39,463 bases of DNA from a virus. Lineage: Duplodnaviria; Caudoviricetes. Below the pieces are notes generated by a model. It was not told the origin of the DNA, searched no databases, and worked only from the letters and a program-made list of their open reading frames with translations. The stretch lies in IMG/VR virus record IMGVR_UViG_3300027566_000015, positions 1-39,463 of that record; one strand, 5' to 3'. Shown piece by piece: positions 16,862 to 27,203 of this stretch. Position numbers and translations under genes: made by a program. How positions within the stretch are numbered: the stretch's first letter is position 1; every line of letters starts with the position of its first letter.

Positions 16862-17883
16862 TGGCAGATTTGTGGAATTTTGATTTACAACTTTTCGCTA
16901 CTCCTGTACAACCAACTGACGCTAATACTTTTAATTATTCTGAAGCAGATAGAGCAGGAGAGCTTAATTTTGGTAAGTTGTTAGAACCTGGACTTAGGAA
17001 GATTTTCTTCGAAACTTATGATGAACTTCCTGAGCAATTTTCTCAAGTTTATAATGTACACACCTCTGATAAAGCTACTGAAACTGATTGGGGAATGGGT
17101 GCATTTGGTGATTGGACGAAACGTGCTTCACAATTTGATACTGTAGATTATAAAACTCTATCTCCTGGTTTGACTCGTACTTATATTCATGATGCATTTA
17201 CTCAAGGCTTTATGGTTACTCGGGAAATGTATGATGATGAAAAGTATCGGGAAATGGAAAAGTTACCGAAGGCTATGGCTCGTTCTGGTCGGGCTAAAGT
17301 AGAAAAAGATGCGGCCTTTTTAATTAACAAAGCATTTGTAACTAATGGTGGTGGAGTTACTGGTGATACTGCAATTTATGATGGTAAAGCTCTCTGTGCT
17401 GATGACCATGATTTGCTTGATTCTACTAGTGTTGGTGATAACTTAGCATCTGGTGCACTTAATGAGCAAAACTTAAAAGCGGCACTTGCTCTAATGGCAC
17501 GTACTCCTGATGAAGCAGGAAACTTGGCTCAGTTTAGAGCTACTCGACTTATTGTTCCACCATTACTTCAAGATACGGCGATTCGTTTGCTTAAATCTAC
17601 TAATTTAGCTGGAACTGCCAATAATGATACCAATGAATACTTACGTAGTTATGGAATTGAAATTATCGTACTTGATTATTTAGGTCTTGCTGCAGGTGGT
17701 TCTGATACTGCTTGGTTCCTTCAAGATGGTGCTCGGCATGAACTTAACTTCTTCTGGCGTGTTAGACCAGAGTTTAAATGGGAAGAAGATTTCGATACTT
17801 TTATTGCAAAATATCGTGGTTACATGCGTTATAGTATGGGTGTATCTGATTGGCGTGGATTTGTAGGTTCTACTGGTCTTTAA
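16861..17883 (+). CDS. Major capsid protein (Mu gpT-like family) with Prp-type cleavable leader
   Basis: MADLWNFDLQLFA leader; LLEPGLRKIF, RLIVPPLL, AWFL, RYSMGVSDWRGFVGSTG; ATG at 16861 behind GGAGGG. Confidence 0.9.
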   Translation: MADLWNFDLQLFATPVQPTDANTFNYSEADRAGELNFGKLLEPGLRKIFFETYDELPEQFSQVYNVHTSDKATETDWGMGAFGDWTKRASQFDTVDYKTLSPGLTRTYIHDAFTQGFMVTREMYDDEKYREMEKLPKAMARSGRAKVEKDAAFLINKAFVTNGGGVTGDTAIYDGKALCADDHDLLDSTSVGDNLASGALNEQNLKAALALMARTPDEAGNLAQFRATRLIVPPLLQDTAIRLLKSTNLAGTANNDTNEYLRSYGIEIIVLDYLGLAAGGSDTAWFLQDGARHELNFFWRVRPEFKWEEDFDTFIAKYRGYMRYSMGVSDWRGFVGSTGL

Positions 17884-17889
17884 CTGGTG

Positions 17890-17907
17890 AGGGGGTTTAC
17901 CCCCTTT
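17890..17907 (+). terminator. Hairpin after the capsid gene
   Basis: agggggt-tt-accccct followed by a short T run. Confidence 0.5.
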
Positions 17908-17939
17908 CCTTAATTTAATTATATGGAGGTATGGTTTAA

Positions 17940-18398
17940 ATGGCTTATAAGAAAATTGCTGGTAACGCCACTACTTATCCTGGAATTACTGGTTTTTTTG
18001 ATTCATTACCTACGGCTGATGAAGATTGTGTATCTGAAATTAGTCCGATTAAGATTAGACGTATTCATATTGAAGCTGCTGATTGTGGTTCAGGTTCGGA
18101 AACAAGTCTTGGTGTAGCAATGGGTGCAACTGATTATGTACTTGGTGCGGCATTACGTGTAACTACTGCTGAAACTACTGGTTCTACTAAGACTATTGAA
18201 ATTGGTACTGATAGTGCTGATAGTGGTGATGCTGATGGCTTTATTGATGGAGCTAGTGTGGCTGCTACTGGTGCAGTTGCACATACTTGTGCATTAAAAG
18301 GAGTTATGACCACAAGTGCTCCTAATATTACTGTGACCGTACCCAATGCTTTTACTGAATTTGTTGGTGATTTATATATCTTCTATATTGAGGTCTAA
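17940..18398 (+). CDS. Probable capsid decoration/spike protein
   Basis: Directly after MCP, G/A/T-rich beta protein; resembles the C-terminal domain of 18411..19223. Confidence 0.55.
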   Translation: MAYKKIAGNATTYPGITGFFDSLPTADEDCVSEISPIKIRRIHIEAADCGSGSETSLGVAMGATDYVLGAALRVTTAETTGSTKTIEIGTDSADSGDADGFIDGASVAATGAVAHTCALKGVMTTSAPNITVTVPNAFTEFVGDLYIFYIEV

Positions 18399-18410
18399 GG
18401 AGGGTGTTGC

Positions 18411-19223
18411 ATGGGAACTACTAATTTTGATTATGTTGATGCGGATAAATATTATCTTAATGGAGTAGAAATACCGATTAGTGGAATTACATCTACTGAA
18501 TTAGGTTTTATTGATGGAGTAACTGCTGGTACAGCTTTAGCGAGTAAAGCCGTAGTACTTGGAGCTAATAAAAATATTGATGTACTTGCTGTTGCTGATT
18601 TGAAACTTGGGTCTGGTGCTGGTACATCTGTAACTTCTACAGCGGCAGAACTTAATGTTCTTGATGGTGTTACTCGGGGTAGTATTGTTGCTGGTATTTC
18701 TACTGGAACAGGGGTTATTGATGCTAAAGGTGATGGAAAGATTTTAGTAGGTGATGGTACTGATGTGGCTTCGGTATCTGTATCTGGTGATGCTACTTTA
18801 GCTAATACTGGTGCACTTACTTTAGCAGTTCCTAAAGTTTCAGTAATTAGTAAAGTTTGTGCTGTTGCTGATTTTACAGATAATACAAATGCAACTGGTT
18901 ATATTGATTTTACAGCAAGTTCTCTTCCTGCTGGTGCAATAGTACTTGGTTGGAAAGCAGTTGTTACTGGTGCTTTTGCTGGTGATACTACTGCGGTGAT
19001 GCAAGTTGGTGTAGCTGGTACTTTAGGTAAATTTTCTGCTTCTACTAGTGGTTCTGTATTTACAACTGGTACTATTGGAACTGGTGCACCTATGGATACT
19101 TGTTTTAATGCAACAGCATCAACTCCTAGAGTAACGGTTACTGGTGGTAGTGATTTTACCAGTATTGTAACTAATGCTGGTGGAGCTATGACAGTTTATT
19201 TATATTACATTGCTACTGCTTAG
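18411..19223 (+). CDS. Probable head fibre or minor virion protein
   Basis: TSTELGFIDGVT and TAAELNVLDGVT repeats, VSGDATLANTGALT fibre motif, C-terminal LPAGAIVLG...MQVG domain. Confidence 0.6.
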   Translation: MGTTNFDYVDADKYYLNGVEIPISGITSTELGFIDGVTAGTALASKAVVLGANKNIDVLAVADLKLGSGAGTSVTSTAAELNVLDGVTRGSIVAGISTGTGVIDAKGDGKILVGDGTDVASVSVSGDATLANTGALTLAVPKVSVISKVCAVADFTDNTNATGYIDFTASSLPAGAIVLGWKAVVTGAFAGDTTAVMQVGVAGTLGKFSASTSGSVFTTGTIGTGAPMDTCFNATASTPRVTVTGGSDFTSIVTNAGGAMTVYLYYIATA

Positions 19224-19238
19224 TTGATTATTTTTAAT

Positions 19239-19272
19239 TAGGGGTGGGGGTATAACTCCTACCCTATTTTTT
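19239..19272 (+). terminator. Intrinsic terminator
   Basis: taggggtggggg-tataa-ctcctacccta followed by T6. Confidence 0.7.
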
Positions 19273-19294
19273 ATAAGTAAAGGGAGGTACAAAC

Positions 19295-19807
19295 ATGGCA
19301 GATAAAATTGTGTATATGAGTCAAGTACCAATGAAAGTTGTTGATTTAAATGATGGAACTCATGCTCAAAGTGTTTCTTTACTTGATGCTGTAGTTCCTG
19401 TTACTCAATCAGAAAGACTTCTTTCTGTAACGCAAATAGGGGATGACCAAGCTGTAGCTTTTGCAAATTCTGCACTTATTAATACGCAGGTAAATGTAGA
19501 TATAGTGAAACCAGCAACCTTTTCTCAACGTTATCAAATAGTAGTATATAATCCTTCTACTGTTACAGATTTAACAGTAAAGATTTTTGGTAAGTGTTTA
19601 ACTTTTGGTGGGGATACCAGATATTCTTTCTATGATTCGTTTACCGTACTTAAATCTCAAGCAATTACTGGTACTACTATTAATACTTATGTTAAGGAGA
19701 TTGAAGGTATTTTTGCTGATACTGATTTGCGTTTAGTAGTAAGTAATGTTACTGGACTTGGTGCGGCAGATGGATTTAGCGCGTACGTGAGAGTAAAGGC
19801 GGTGTAG
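19295..19807 (+). CDS. Putative virion structural protein
   Basis: GGGAGGT SD; beta-rich composition within the structural module. Confidence 0.6.
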   Translation: MADKIVYMSQVPMKVVDLNDGTHAQSVSLLDAVVPVTQSERLLSVTQIGDDQAVAFANSALINTQVNVDIVKPATFSQRYQIVVYNPSTVTDLTVKIFGKCLTFGGDTRYSFYDSFTVLKSQAITGTTINTYVKEIEGIFADTDLRLVVSNVTGLGAADGFSAYVRVKAV

Positions 19808-19810
19808 TGA

Positions 19811-22330
19811 ATGACTATACCAGCAATTGTTAATCCGTTGAAAAGTTCATTTAAATCTTTTTTGCAAGGTGCTGTGCAAGGTAAATCATTTACTGATACG
19901 TATAATATTAAAGCTAATCCTAATGTAGTAGGTGTGCCGCATTTTAAGAATGAGTTAGTATACAGTGCGGATTATAGGGAATGGACAGTTTATGGAGTTG
20001 GCTCAATAAAGAGCGTAGCAGGGATACATCTAGTGGCATCTGGAGGAACTGAATCGGCAGCGTTAACTACACAGGTTAAGGGTAATACCAAGTATGGTTT
20101 ATTATATAATGTATTGGTTTCTACGTTGGTTAATTTTTTGAAACTTAACAGTCAATATACTGGTACCGCATTTAATGTACCTAAATTAATTGGAAACAAT
20201 AAGATTTCTTTTACTACACAAGCTACAATAACAACAAATAAACTGGAGTTTTATTTACCTGCTGAAAATGCAGATGGACAATACATTGACCTCAAAGATA
20301 TTCGCCTTTTCGAACTCCCTCTTAACTCCGAAATAGAAGCAGATTTTACAGCACTTTCCGCAGATGCACTCATGGCAAAGTATAATCCATCTGTAATTGT
20401 GCCAGGGGAGTTGAAAGCAACTGTACTTGGTAGAACACTTAAAAATGAGTTAGATTATACTCCTGCTACTTATGCTGAGTGGACTGTAGCGGGTACAGGG
20501 AGTACTAAGGGCAGTACTGGGATACATTTAGTAGCAGAAGGAAATAATGAATATGCTGAACTGTCTGTAGTTTGTAAATCAAATCAAAAATATGGAGTGC
20601 TTTATAATGTGCTAGCTACAGATTTATTGGCTGATAAATTTTACATTTCATCTACTAGTATTATTGGTGTAGCTACTTTGATTCCACAAGCATTAGGAAA
20701 CAATAAGGCAACTTTTACTACTGCTAATCCAATAGCAAATAATACTTTAAGGTGTGTAACTGGAAGTTCAAGTACTGATGGTACTTACATCGACTTCAAA
20801 GACATTCGCCTATACGAACTCCCTACTGGCTCAGAGATTGAATCAGATTTCACTAATATGACGGCTGACCAACTTGCGTTAAAGTATCCTATGAGCGTAG
20901 GTACTGATGGTAAAACAGGTGGAGTGAAGTCAGTAGGGAGTGCTGTAGCGACTAATTTACTTGCTAATGGAAACTTTGCTCAAGGGACTACTGGGTGGGT
21001 AACTTATTTAGGAAGTTTAACAGAAGCATCTGGAATTGGTACGTTTATTGCTTCTGGCCAATATGGTTTTGCTAGAGTTGCGTTATCATCAACTGTTATA
21101 GGTAAAAAATATTATGCAATGGTTAATGTTAAGGCTTCATCTAATTTAGTTCAATTAGGTTTTACTAGTTCATCATTTATAGCACATTCTGGTTCTGGAA
21201 ATTTTGAGAGATTATCTATGTTAATAACAGCAACAACTACTGGGCATTTACCTGTTGTTAGGGATGATAGGGGTTCTGGATTTGATGAAATACAGATTGA
21301 TAATTTAATGTGTTTATGTCTTTCAGATATTTTTGGAACAGGTAATGAACCAAGCAAGGCCACATGTGATAAACTCTTTGCTGATTGGTTTAGTGGAAGT
21401 CGTAGCATTACAAGGTTGCGTAGTGTTGGGAAGAATTTATGTAATATATCTACATCAGATGTTATAACTGGGAGTTATTATGGTTCGTCAGGTTCGATTG
21501 CTTCTAGTGGTAATGCCGCAAGGAGTAATAATTATTTTAGAGTTTTACCTAATACACGATATATCTGCACTGATAGGCTAGTTAATCAATATGACCAAAA
21601 TAAAGTGCATATTCAAAGAATAGACTCTGGAGGTAGTTTTGTTACTCCTTCCAATTGTTATTATGTTCGAATATCTGTGGTTGACGGGGTAACTTATCCT
21701 CTCACGCTTGCCCAACTAGAACAATCCTCTACAGCAACCACCTACGAACCTTACAGAGAAACAACTTGCTTAATCCCTGCTGAGTTGCGTAGTATAGGTA
21801 CTGTGTCGGATAGTTTTGATGCGAGTAGTGGAACTTTTACTAAGCGAATAAGTGATTGGGTAACGTTGGATGGAAGTTTATTGTGGGGTTCTTTGGTAAC
21901 AAATACAAATACGTATAGAATGCAAACTAATTGGGGTAATGGTAAAAATGTTTACCATCCATCTATTGATGCTTCTGTTGTTTATAGTTACTGTGCTGAT
22001 GGCTATATTGGAACTACAGCTAGTGCTACTACTGATTCTAGGCACTTTAGTATATATTCTAACAATGTACTTTATATGGTTTTAGAAAAAGCTAAAATTG
22101 ACGCAATGGCAGGGGCAACTGTTTCAGCTAAATTTGCAACATATCTTAACACTTATCCTATTAGTTTTATTTATCAACTAGATAATCCTGTAATTACTAA
22201 ATATGAACCAATTACATTAGGTAGTGCGTTAACCGCAGAGCGTAATGGTACATTATATGTTGAGCGTGTAGATGGAAGTCCTGTAGGAGTTGTGCCGAAC
22301 TTACAAATGCAATATGAAAGGGGAGTTTAA
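19811..22330 (+). CDS. Receptor-binding/fibre protein with multiple carbohydrate-binding-like modules
   Basis: Internal ~147-aa duplication, NLLANGNFAQGTTGW CBM-like start, GKNL and QLEQSSTATTYEPY motifs typical of Firmicute phage adhesins. Confidence 0.7.
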   Translation: MTIPAIVNPLKSSFKSFLQGAVQGKSFTDTYNIKANPNVVGVPHFKNELVYSADYREWTVYGVGSIKSVAGIHLVASGGTESAALTTQVKGNTKYGLLYNVLVSTLVNFLKLNSQYTGTAFNVPKLIGNNKISFTTQATITTNKLEFYLPAENADGQYIDLKDIRLFELPLNSEIEADFTALSADALMAKYNPSVIVPGELKATVLGRTLKNELDYTPATYAEWTVAGTGSTKGSTGIHLVAEGNNEYAELSVVCKSNQKYGVLYNVLATDLLADKFYISSTSIIGVATLIPQALGNNKATFTTANPIANNTLRCVTGSSSTDGTYIDFKDIRLYELPTGSEIESDFTNMTADQLALKYPMSVGTDGKTGGVKSVGSAVATNLLANGNFAQGTTGWVTYLGSLTEASGIGTFIASGQYGFARVALSSTVIGKKYYAMVNVKASSNLVQLGFTSSSFIAHSGSGNFERLSMLITATTTGHLPVVRDDRGSGFDEIQIDNLMCLCLSDIFGTGNEPSKATCDKLFADWFSGSRSITRLRSVGKNLCNISTSDVITGSYYGSSGSIASSGNAARSNNYFRVLPNTRYICTDRLVNQYDQNKVHIQRIDSGGSFVTPSNCYYVRISVVDGVTYPLTLAQLEQSSTATTYEPYRETTCLIPAELRSIGTVSDSFDASSGTFTKRISDWVTLDGSLLWGSLVTNTNTYRMQTNWGNGKNVYHPSIDASVVYSYCADGYIGTTASATTDSRHFSIYSNNVLYMVLEKAKIDAMAGATVSAKFATYLNTYPISFIYQLDNPVITKYEPITLGSALTAERNGTLYVERVDGSPVGVVPNLQMQYERGV

Positions 22331-22332
22331 AC

Positions 22333-22620
22333 GTGGCTGTTTATTATAAACTTGAGAAAGATTTAGTTGTAAATGAAGCAGATGGAACTAAGACGTTTAT
22401 TGAAGCTGGAAAGTATGTAGTAGTTGAAGCAAGTGGACTTCTCAGTGGTTGTACTGAAGGGGAATTAGCAGATGCTATTGTGCGTATTGATGCGGATATA
22501 GTAGTTAGGGATGCGCAGATTGAAGCTGATAGATTAGCTGAGGAAGCAAGGTTAGCTGAGGAAGCGATACAAGATGAAGAAGTGCCAGGAGAAGTACCTC
22601 CCGAAGAACCAGTGGAGTAA
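22333..22620 (+). CDS. Acidic hypothetical protein (possible fibre chaperone)
   Basis: AGGGGAG SD, GTG start, follows the fibre gene. Confidence 0.6.
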   Translation: MAVYYKLEKDLVVNEADGTKTFIEAGKYVVVEASGLLSGCTEGELADAIVRIDADIVVRDAQIEADRLAEEARLAEEAIQDEEVPGEVPPEEPVE

Positions 22621-22667
22621 TTAAAATAAACTAAAATAAAATAACTTATTTTATAAGGTGGTGAAGT

Positions 22668-23126
22668 ATGAATAGATTACAACTTGTTAATAGAGTACGT
22701 ATTATTACAAGAGATTTAGATGATTCTATTTTTCGTAAAGCTGATATATATGATTTTCTTAATGAAGGTATTGATAGGGTTAAACAAAGTATTCAAGAGT
22801 TAGTTGGTATGATATATCTTCCTATAATAGATGATACTGCATCTGATTTGATAGAACCAATACTTCTTCCTGCTCAATTTCATGTTCTCCTTGCTATATA
22901 TGCTTCTTCACGTTGTTTTTATCAAGATGAAAGACACTATCAAGCATCTAATTTAATGAATGAATTTGAAACTAAATTAGCAGAGTTAAAGGCACTTGTT
23001 GAGAGTGGTGAAGTTGTTATCACTAATGTTGATATTATAGTTGTTGAAGAGTTTGTTGAGGATACTTATTTTGTTGATGCAATTGAAGAAGTTGATTTAG
23101 ATGATGGAGTGGAAGGAGTGGAGTAA
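22668..23126 (+). CDS. Head-tail adaptor-like protein
   Basis: L..RVR....D, FLNEG, LLPAQFHVLLAIYA pattern; position before the nozzle-like gene. Confidence 0.65.
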   Translation: MNRLQLVNRVRIITRDLDDSIFRKADIYDFLNEGIDRVKQSIQELVGMIYLPIIDDTASDLIEPILLPAQFHVLLAIYASSRCFYQDERHYQASNLMNEFETKLAELKALVESGEVVITNVDIIVVEEFVEDTYFVDAIEEVDLDDGVEGVE

Positions 23127-24943
23127 TGACTTATATACAAAGACAAATTCCACTTCCCAATAAGGTATTTAATTTTACTTTAAAAAGTTTTTCTGGTGGG
23201 TTGAATAATCGTTCAGACCAATTAGAGGTTAATGAAAGTTCTAATTTAATGAATATGATTTTCACTGATGAAACTCTTATGGAAAAAAGAAAAGGTACTG
23301 AATATTATGATGCAGTTGATATTACTGAAGTAGTTGGTGAAGGTGAAGCCGCTGTAACTTATGCTGATGTAGTATGGCAAGATGAATTTAAACCTTACAA
23401 TGAAGATAATATTTATATTAGAGCAGTAGAAAAGAAAATTTATTTTGGCTCTACAGCTTATACGATATCTAGTAAACCTTGTGGTGTAAATCATGATGGT
23501 AAATATTTTTTTACTGATGGTGCAAAAATATATGTTTATGGGAAATTTCCACAAATAGATGATGGTTCTGTTATTGATGTGGTGGGAACTCCTAATCCTA
23601 ATTATGTGTTGATGGAAGTAGAAAATCCTACTGCTGGCTATACCCCTAATCCTGCTCCTGCTACTGTTGGTAAAACAATTTATAATTATACTACAAGTAA
23701 AATACAGTATCAACCTTGTGCAGCTGAAATTGCAGATACTTACTTTGGTGCTAATGTGTTGCCACTTAATCCTAAATATATTTGTTCTTATAATGGTAGA
23801 CTTGTTGTTACTGGTTGTGATAAAGATGATGATAATATTTTTCTCACATCAACAGTAAGTCCTTATTATTTTCCTGTTACGATGCCAGTACAAATTCCAC
23901 CTACTAGTGATAAAATTACTGGTATTATTGAGTATGATGGCGCTATAATATTAAGTAGAGATAATGATTTATATGTTTTACGTGGTCTTACTAATAATCC
24001 TACTCATGGTTTAGAAGTGTTTAATTTAAAAAGAATAAACTCTCATACTGGAGTAGTAAGCAATGGTGCAATGTGTTTAGTTAATAATTATTTATTCTTT
24101 TTAGGTAGTGATGGTAATATTTATTTCCTATCTTCATCTAAAAGTAATGAAAAAATTGTTTCAACTGTTTTAGTTAGTAGAAAAATTGATTTATATAAAG
24201 AACCAATAAATTTAACTATAAGTGATTTTGTTGATGCTGAATCTATTTTTTATAAAGATGAATGGTATTTAGCTATAAAAGATAAAATAATTATTTATAA
24301 TTATAGGAATCAAGCATTTACATTATTTGATAGTATTAATGCACGTTCATTCTATAATTTAGATGGTACATTACTTATTGGTAATAATGATGGAAGAATA
24401 GTTAAATTTAGTACAAATTATTTAGATAATGGTGCTCCTTTTTTATCTAAATGGATAAGTAAATATTTTGATATGGATGATGCAAATACTTATAAGTTAT
24501 TTAAAGAATTTTTTATAGTAGCACATTGTTATAATAGTTATTTATCTGATGTAAATATAGTGTTTGAAATTGATTATAATAATGTATTTAGTAGTACAAG
24601 TGTACCAAATAAGACATCAACATTTGGTAGGGCAGTATTTGGTGATAGGTTTGTTGTTAGAAATATAAATGCATCATTGCCATTTATTGTTGGTATGCGT
24701 GGTAGAAATATACGATTTAATATATCAAATGGATATAAGTACTATGGGGAAGTTGCTACTATAGCTGATTTAGGTAGTACTACTGAAAAAGTGAATGGTG
24801 AAACTGTTGCAAAAGTAACTGCTGATGGTAAATATTATTTATATGATAATTTTGTGTGGAGTGAAATAACTGATGATGAAATGAATCAACCAATGAAAAT
24901 ATATCAAATTAATGGGGAATATGAAGTGAGGGGGAAACGTTAG
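23126..24943 (+). CDS. Tail nozzle/tubular protein B-like (beta-propeller)
   Basis: FSGGLN N-terminus, GVVSNGA, LFFLGSDG, W.SKYFDM..ANTYKLFK motifs of podovirus nozzle-type proteins. Confidence 0.68.
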   Translation: MTYIQRQIPLPNKVFNFTLKSFSGGLNNRSDQLEVNESSNLMNMIFTDETLMEKRKGTEYYDAVDITEVVGEGEAAVTYADVVWQDEFKPYNEDNIYIRAVEKKIYFGSTAYTISSKPCGVNHDGKYFFTDGAKIYVYGKFPQIDDGSVIDVVGTPNPNYVLMEVENPTAGYTPNPAPATVGKTIYNYTTSKIQYQPCAAEIADTYFGANVLPLNPKYICSYNGRLVVTGCDKDDDNIFLTSTVSPYYFPVTMPVQIPPTSDKITGIIEYDGAIILSRDNDLYVLRGLTNNPTHGLEVFNLKRINSHTGVVSNGAMCLVNNYLFFLGSDGNIYFLSSSKSNEKIVSTVLVSRKIDLYKEPINLTISDFVDAESIFYKDEWYLAIKDKIIIYNYRNQAFTLFDSINARSFYNLDGTLLIGNNDGRIVKFSTNYLDNGAPFLSKWISKYFDMDDANTYKLFKEFFIVAHCYNSYLSDVNIVFEIDYNNVFSSTSVPNKTSTFGRAVFGDRFVVRNINASLPFIVGMRGRNIRFNISNGYKYYGEVATIADLGSTTEKVNGETVAKVTADGKYYLYDNFVWSEITDDEMNQPMKIYQINGEYEVRGKR

Positions 24944-25989
24944 TGGCAATAGTTGATTTGTCAATTACTTATGATAATTTTTCTGTTGGTGATGTTATAG
25001 ATAGTGAAAAATTTGATGTTAATAATAGTGATGTGGAAACTAAAGTAAATGAAATTATTGCAATTTTAAATGCTCCTGGTGATGGACTTAGTCAAAGTAT
25101 TGTGGATAATACTTTAAGTGTTAATGTGGATGATAGTACAATTGAAATTGATACTAATACTTTAAGAGTAAAGGATGCAGGTATAACTGATGCTAAACTT
25201 GCAAGTGATGCTGTAACTACTGTTAAAATTGCTGATGCAAATGTAACAACTGCTAAGATACTTGATGCAAATGTAACAGCAGATAAACTTGCAAATAATG
25301 CTGTAACAACTGCTAAAGTAGCTAATGCAAATATAACTGCTGATAAATTAGCTTCTGATTCAGTAATAACTGCTAAAATACTTGATGCAAATGTAACTAC
25401 TGCTAAAATTGCTAATGGAAATGTAACAACTGTTAAGATTGCTGATGGAAGCATCACAACAGATAAAATACTTGATGCAAATGTGACAGATGCAAAACTA
25501 GCTTCTACTGTTGCAACTACTGCAACTGCTAATACTCTTGCTAAACGTACAAGTACTGGTATGTTGCCAGCTATTGTACCTTGTGTTATGTTGATAAGTA
25601 ATTCACAATCAATTTCTAATAGTGCTTCACCTGTATTAATATCATTTGCATCAGAAGAATATGATACTAATACGATGCATGAAAGTGTAATTAATCCAAC
25701 AAGAATTACTATTAAAACTGCTGGTAAATATATGATTAGTTATGGTTTTCAATATCCTGGTGGTACTATTGGAGAGCAAAGTTTTTTACATGTAGCTTAT
25801 AAAAATGGAAGTGTTTTACTTGCATCAAATGAACGGTTATTTAATGGTATTCATACAACTACTTATAACTATAGTTATTTTGATGATTTATCTATTAATG
25901 ATTATATTGAATTTGGTGTATCTCAACAAACTGGTTCTACAAAAGATTATACAAATATATTTTTTGAAGCTCATTTGATTAGTTATTAA
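24943..25989 (+). CDS. Tail fibre with 10-aa repeats and C1q-like tip
   Basis: About 11 repeats of xVTxxKIxxx; C-terminal EEYDTNTMH...TRITIKTAGKYMI...DYIEF. Confidence 0.75.
   Translation: MAIVDLSITYDNFSVGDVIDSEKFDVNNSDVETKVNEIIAILNAPGDGLSQSIVDNTLSVNVDDSTIEIDTNTLRVKDAGITDAKLASDAVTTVKIADANVTTAKILDANVTADKLANNAVTTAKVANANITADKLASDSVITAKILDANVTTAKIANGNVTTVKIADGSITTDKILDANVTDAKLASTVATTATANTLAKRTSTGMLPAIVPCVMLISNSQSISNSASPVLISFASEEYDTNTMHESVINPTRITIKTAGKYMISYGFQYPGGTIGEQSFLHVAYKNGSVLLASNERLFNGIHTTTYNYSYFDDLSINDYIEFGVSQQTGSTKDYTNIFFEAHLISY
25168..25506 (+). repeat. 30-bp coding tandem repeat (VTTAKIADAN-type)
   Basis: Visible in DNA (gatgcaaatgtaac...aaaatactt) and protein. Confidence 0.9.
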
Positions 25990-26001
25990 GGTGGTGAGGG
26001 T

Positions 26002-26532
26002 GTGGCTAATATTGAAGATAGTGCTGTTATAAAAAAAGCAAAAGCTGATTATGCATCAGCACAAGCTAAAGGTGATAAAGCAGGGATGGAAGCGGCTCAT
26101 AGTGCTGCAGAATCCGCTAGGGCAAGTGCAGGTTATAGTGGTGGTATAGATGGTAGTCAATATATTTCAATTGGTAATTCTAAACCTACTGTACCTCAAC
26201 AACAAGTCTTACCTCAACAACAAGTTATTCCACGAATCATACCACAAGTACCGATTCAACAACAACCAACTCAACAAGTAAATAACTTTGATTTTGATAG
26301 TGCATTTGGTAATATAATAAATAGTATGAGAGATATTGTTGATAGTAATAGGCAACGTATAAATTATAATGGTCTTAATTTAAATCCTTCCTCTATGGTA
26401 GAGAGAGTTATTAATCAACCTGGTTTATCTAATCAATTAGGTGAACAATCTATTCTTAATTCTAAAATTGACCCTAAACTTTCTGCATTAAATCGTCTTG
26501 CTTCAAAATCTAATATTTGGAAGGGGTATTAA
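26002..26532 (+). CDS. Putative internal virion (ejection) protein
   Basis: Ala/Gly-rich N-terminus and PQQQV repeats; position in the module. Confidence 0.5.
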   Translation: MANIEDSAVIKKAKADYASAQAKGDKAGMEAAHSAAESARASAGYSGGIDGSQYISIGNSKPTVPQQQVLPQQQVIPRIIPQVPIQQQPTQQVNNFDFDSAFGNIINSMRDIVDSNRQRINYNGLNLNPSSMVERVINQPGLSNQLGEQSILNSKIDPKLSALNRLASKSNIWKGY

Positions 26533-26533
26533 T

Positions 26534-27187
26534 TTGGATAAGAAACTTAGTATAGATGAGTTGTTAAATATTCTTGATGAGTATAATCATTCAGAATTAC
26601 ATGTACATCACACTTCAGCACCAAGTCATAAAGATTTCAATGGTGATAATTATTTTATTTTACAAGAGAATATGCGTAAATTTCATATCAGAGAAAGAAA
26701 TTGGAAAGATATTGGTCAACATTTAACTTTATTTCCTGATGGGTTATTTGTTACTGGTAGACCTTTTGAACAAATTCCTGCATCAATAAAAGGATATAAT
26801 GGTACAGTTAATAAAGTACCACTTGCAGTAGAAATGTTAGGTAATTTTAATGTTGCTTGTGATGCGTTTGAAGGTAAGCAAAAAAATTCAATTTTAGCAC
26901 TTGCTAAGTATTTTTATAATAAAGGTAAATATATTAGATTTCATCGAGAGAATGCAAGTACTGATTGTCCTGGTGAAACAATAAATAAGGATAAATTTAT
27001 GAGTGAAGTTAAAGATTTTGGTAAAGCAATTTTTTCTGATGTGAATGGGCACTGGGCAGAGCAATATATTATTGATGTAGTTGAAAAAGGTATAATGGTT
27101 GGGTATAGTGATAATACTTTTAGACCTGATAAAGCAATAAGTAGAGCGGAACTTGCTATGCTTATTTCTACTGGTAAACTTAAATAG
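26534..27187 (+). CDS. N-acetylmuramoyl-L-alanine amidase (Amidase_2) with C-terminal SLH domain; endolysin
   Basis: HVHHT, WKDIGQH, VEMLGNF, FHRE...CPG Zn ligands; FSDVNGHWA...GYSDNTFRPDKAISRAE SLH motif; TTG start after AAGGGG. Confidence 0.9.
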   Translation: MDKKLSIDELLNILDEYNHSELHVHHTSAPSHKDFNGDNYFILQENMRKFHIRERNWKDIGQHLTLFPDGLFVTGRPFEQIPASIKGYNGTVNKVPLAVEMLGNFNVACDAFEGKQKNSILALAKYFYNKGKYIRFHRENASTDCPGETINKDKFMSEVKDFGKAIFSDVNGHWAEQYIIDVVEKGIMVGYSDNTFRPDKAISRAELAMLISTGKLK

Positions 27188-27203
27188 AAATGTGGTGATA
27201 TAG

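Noticed and set aside
19811-25989. Diversity-generating retroelement acting on the fibre genes
   Set aside because: No reverse transcriptase and no adenine-specific TR/VR pair seen; the duplications are in-frame protein modules.
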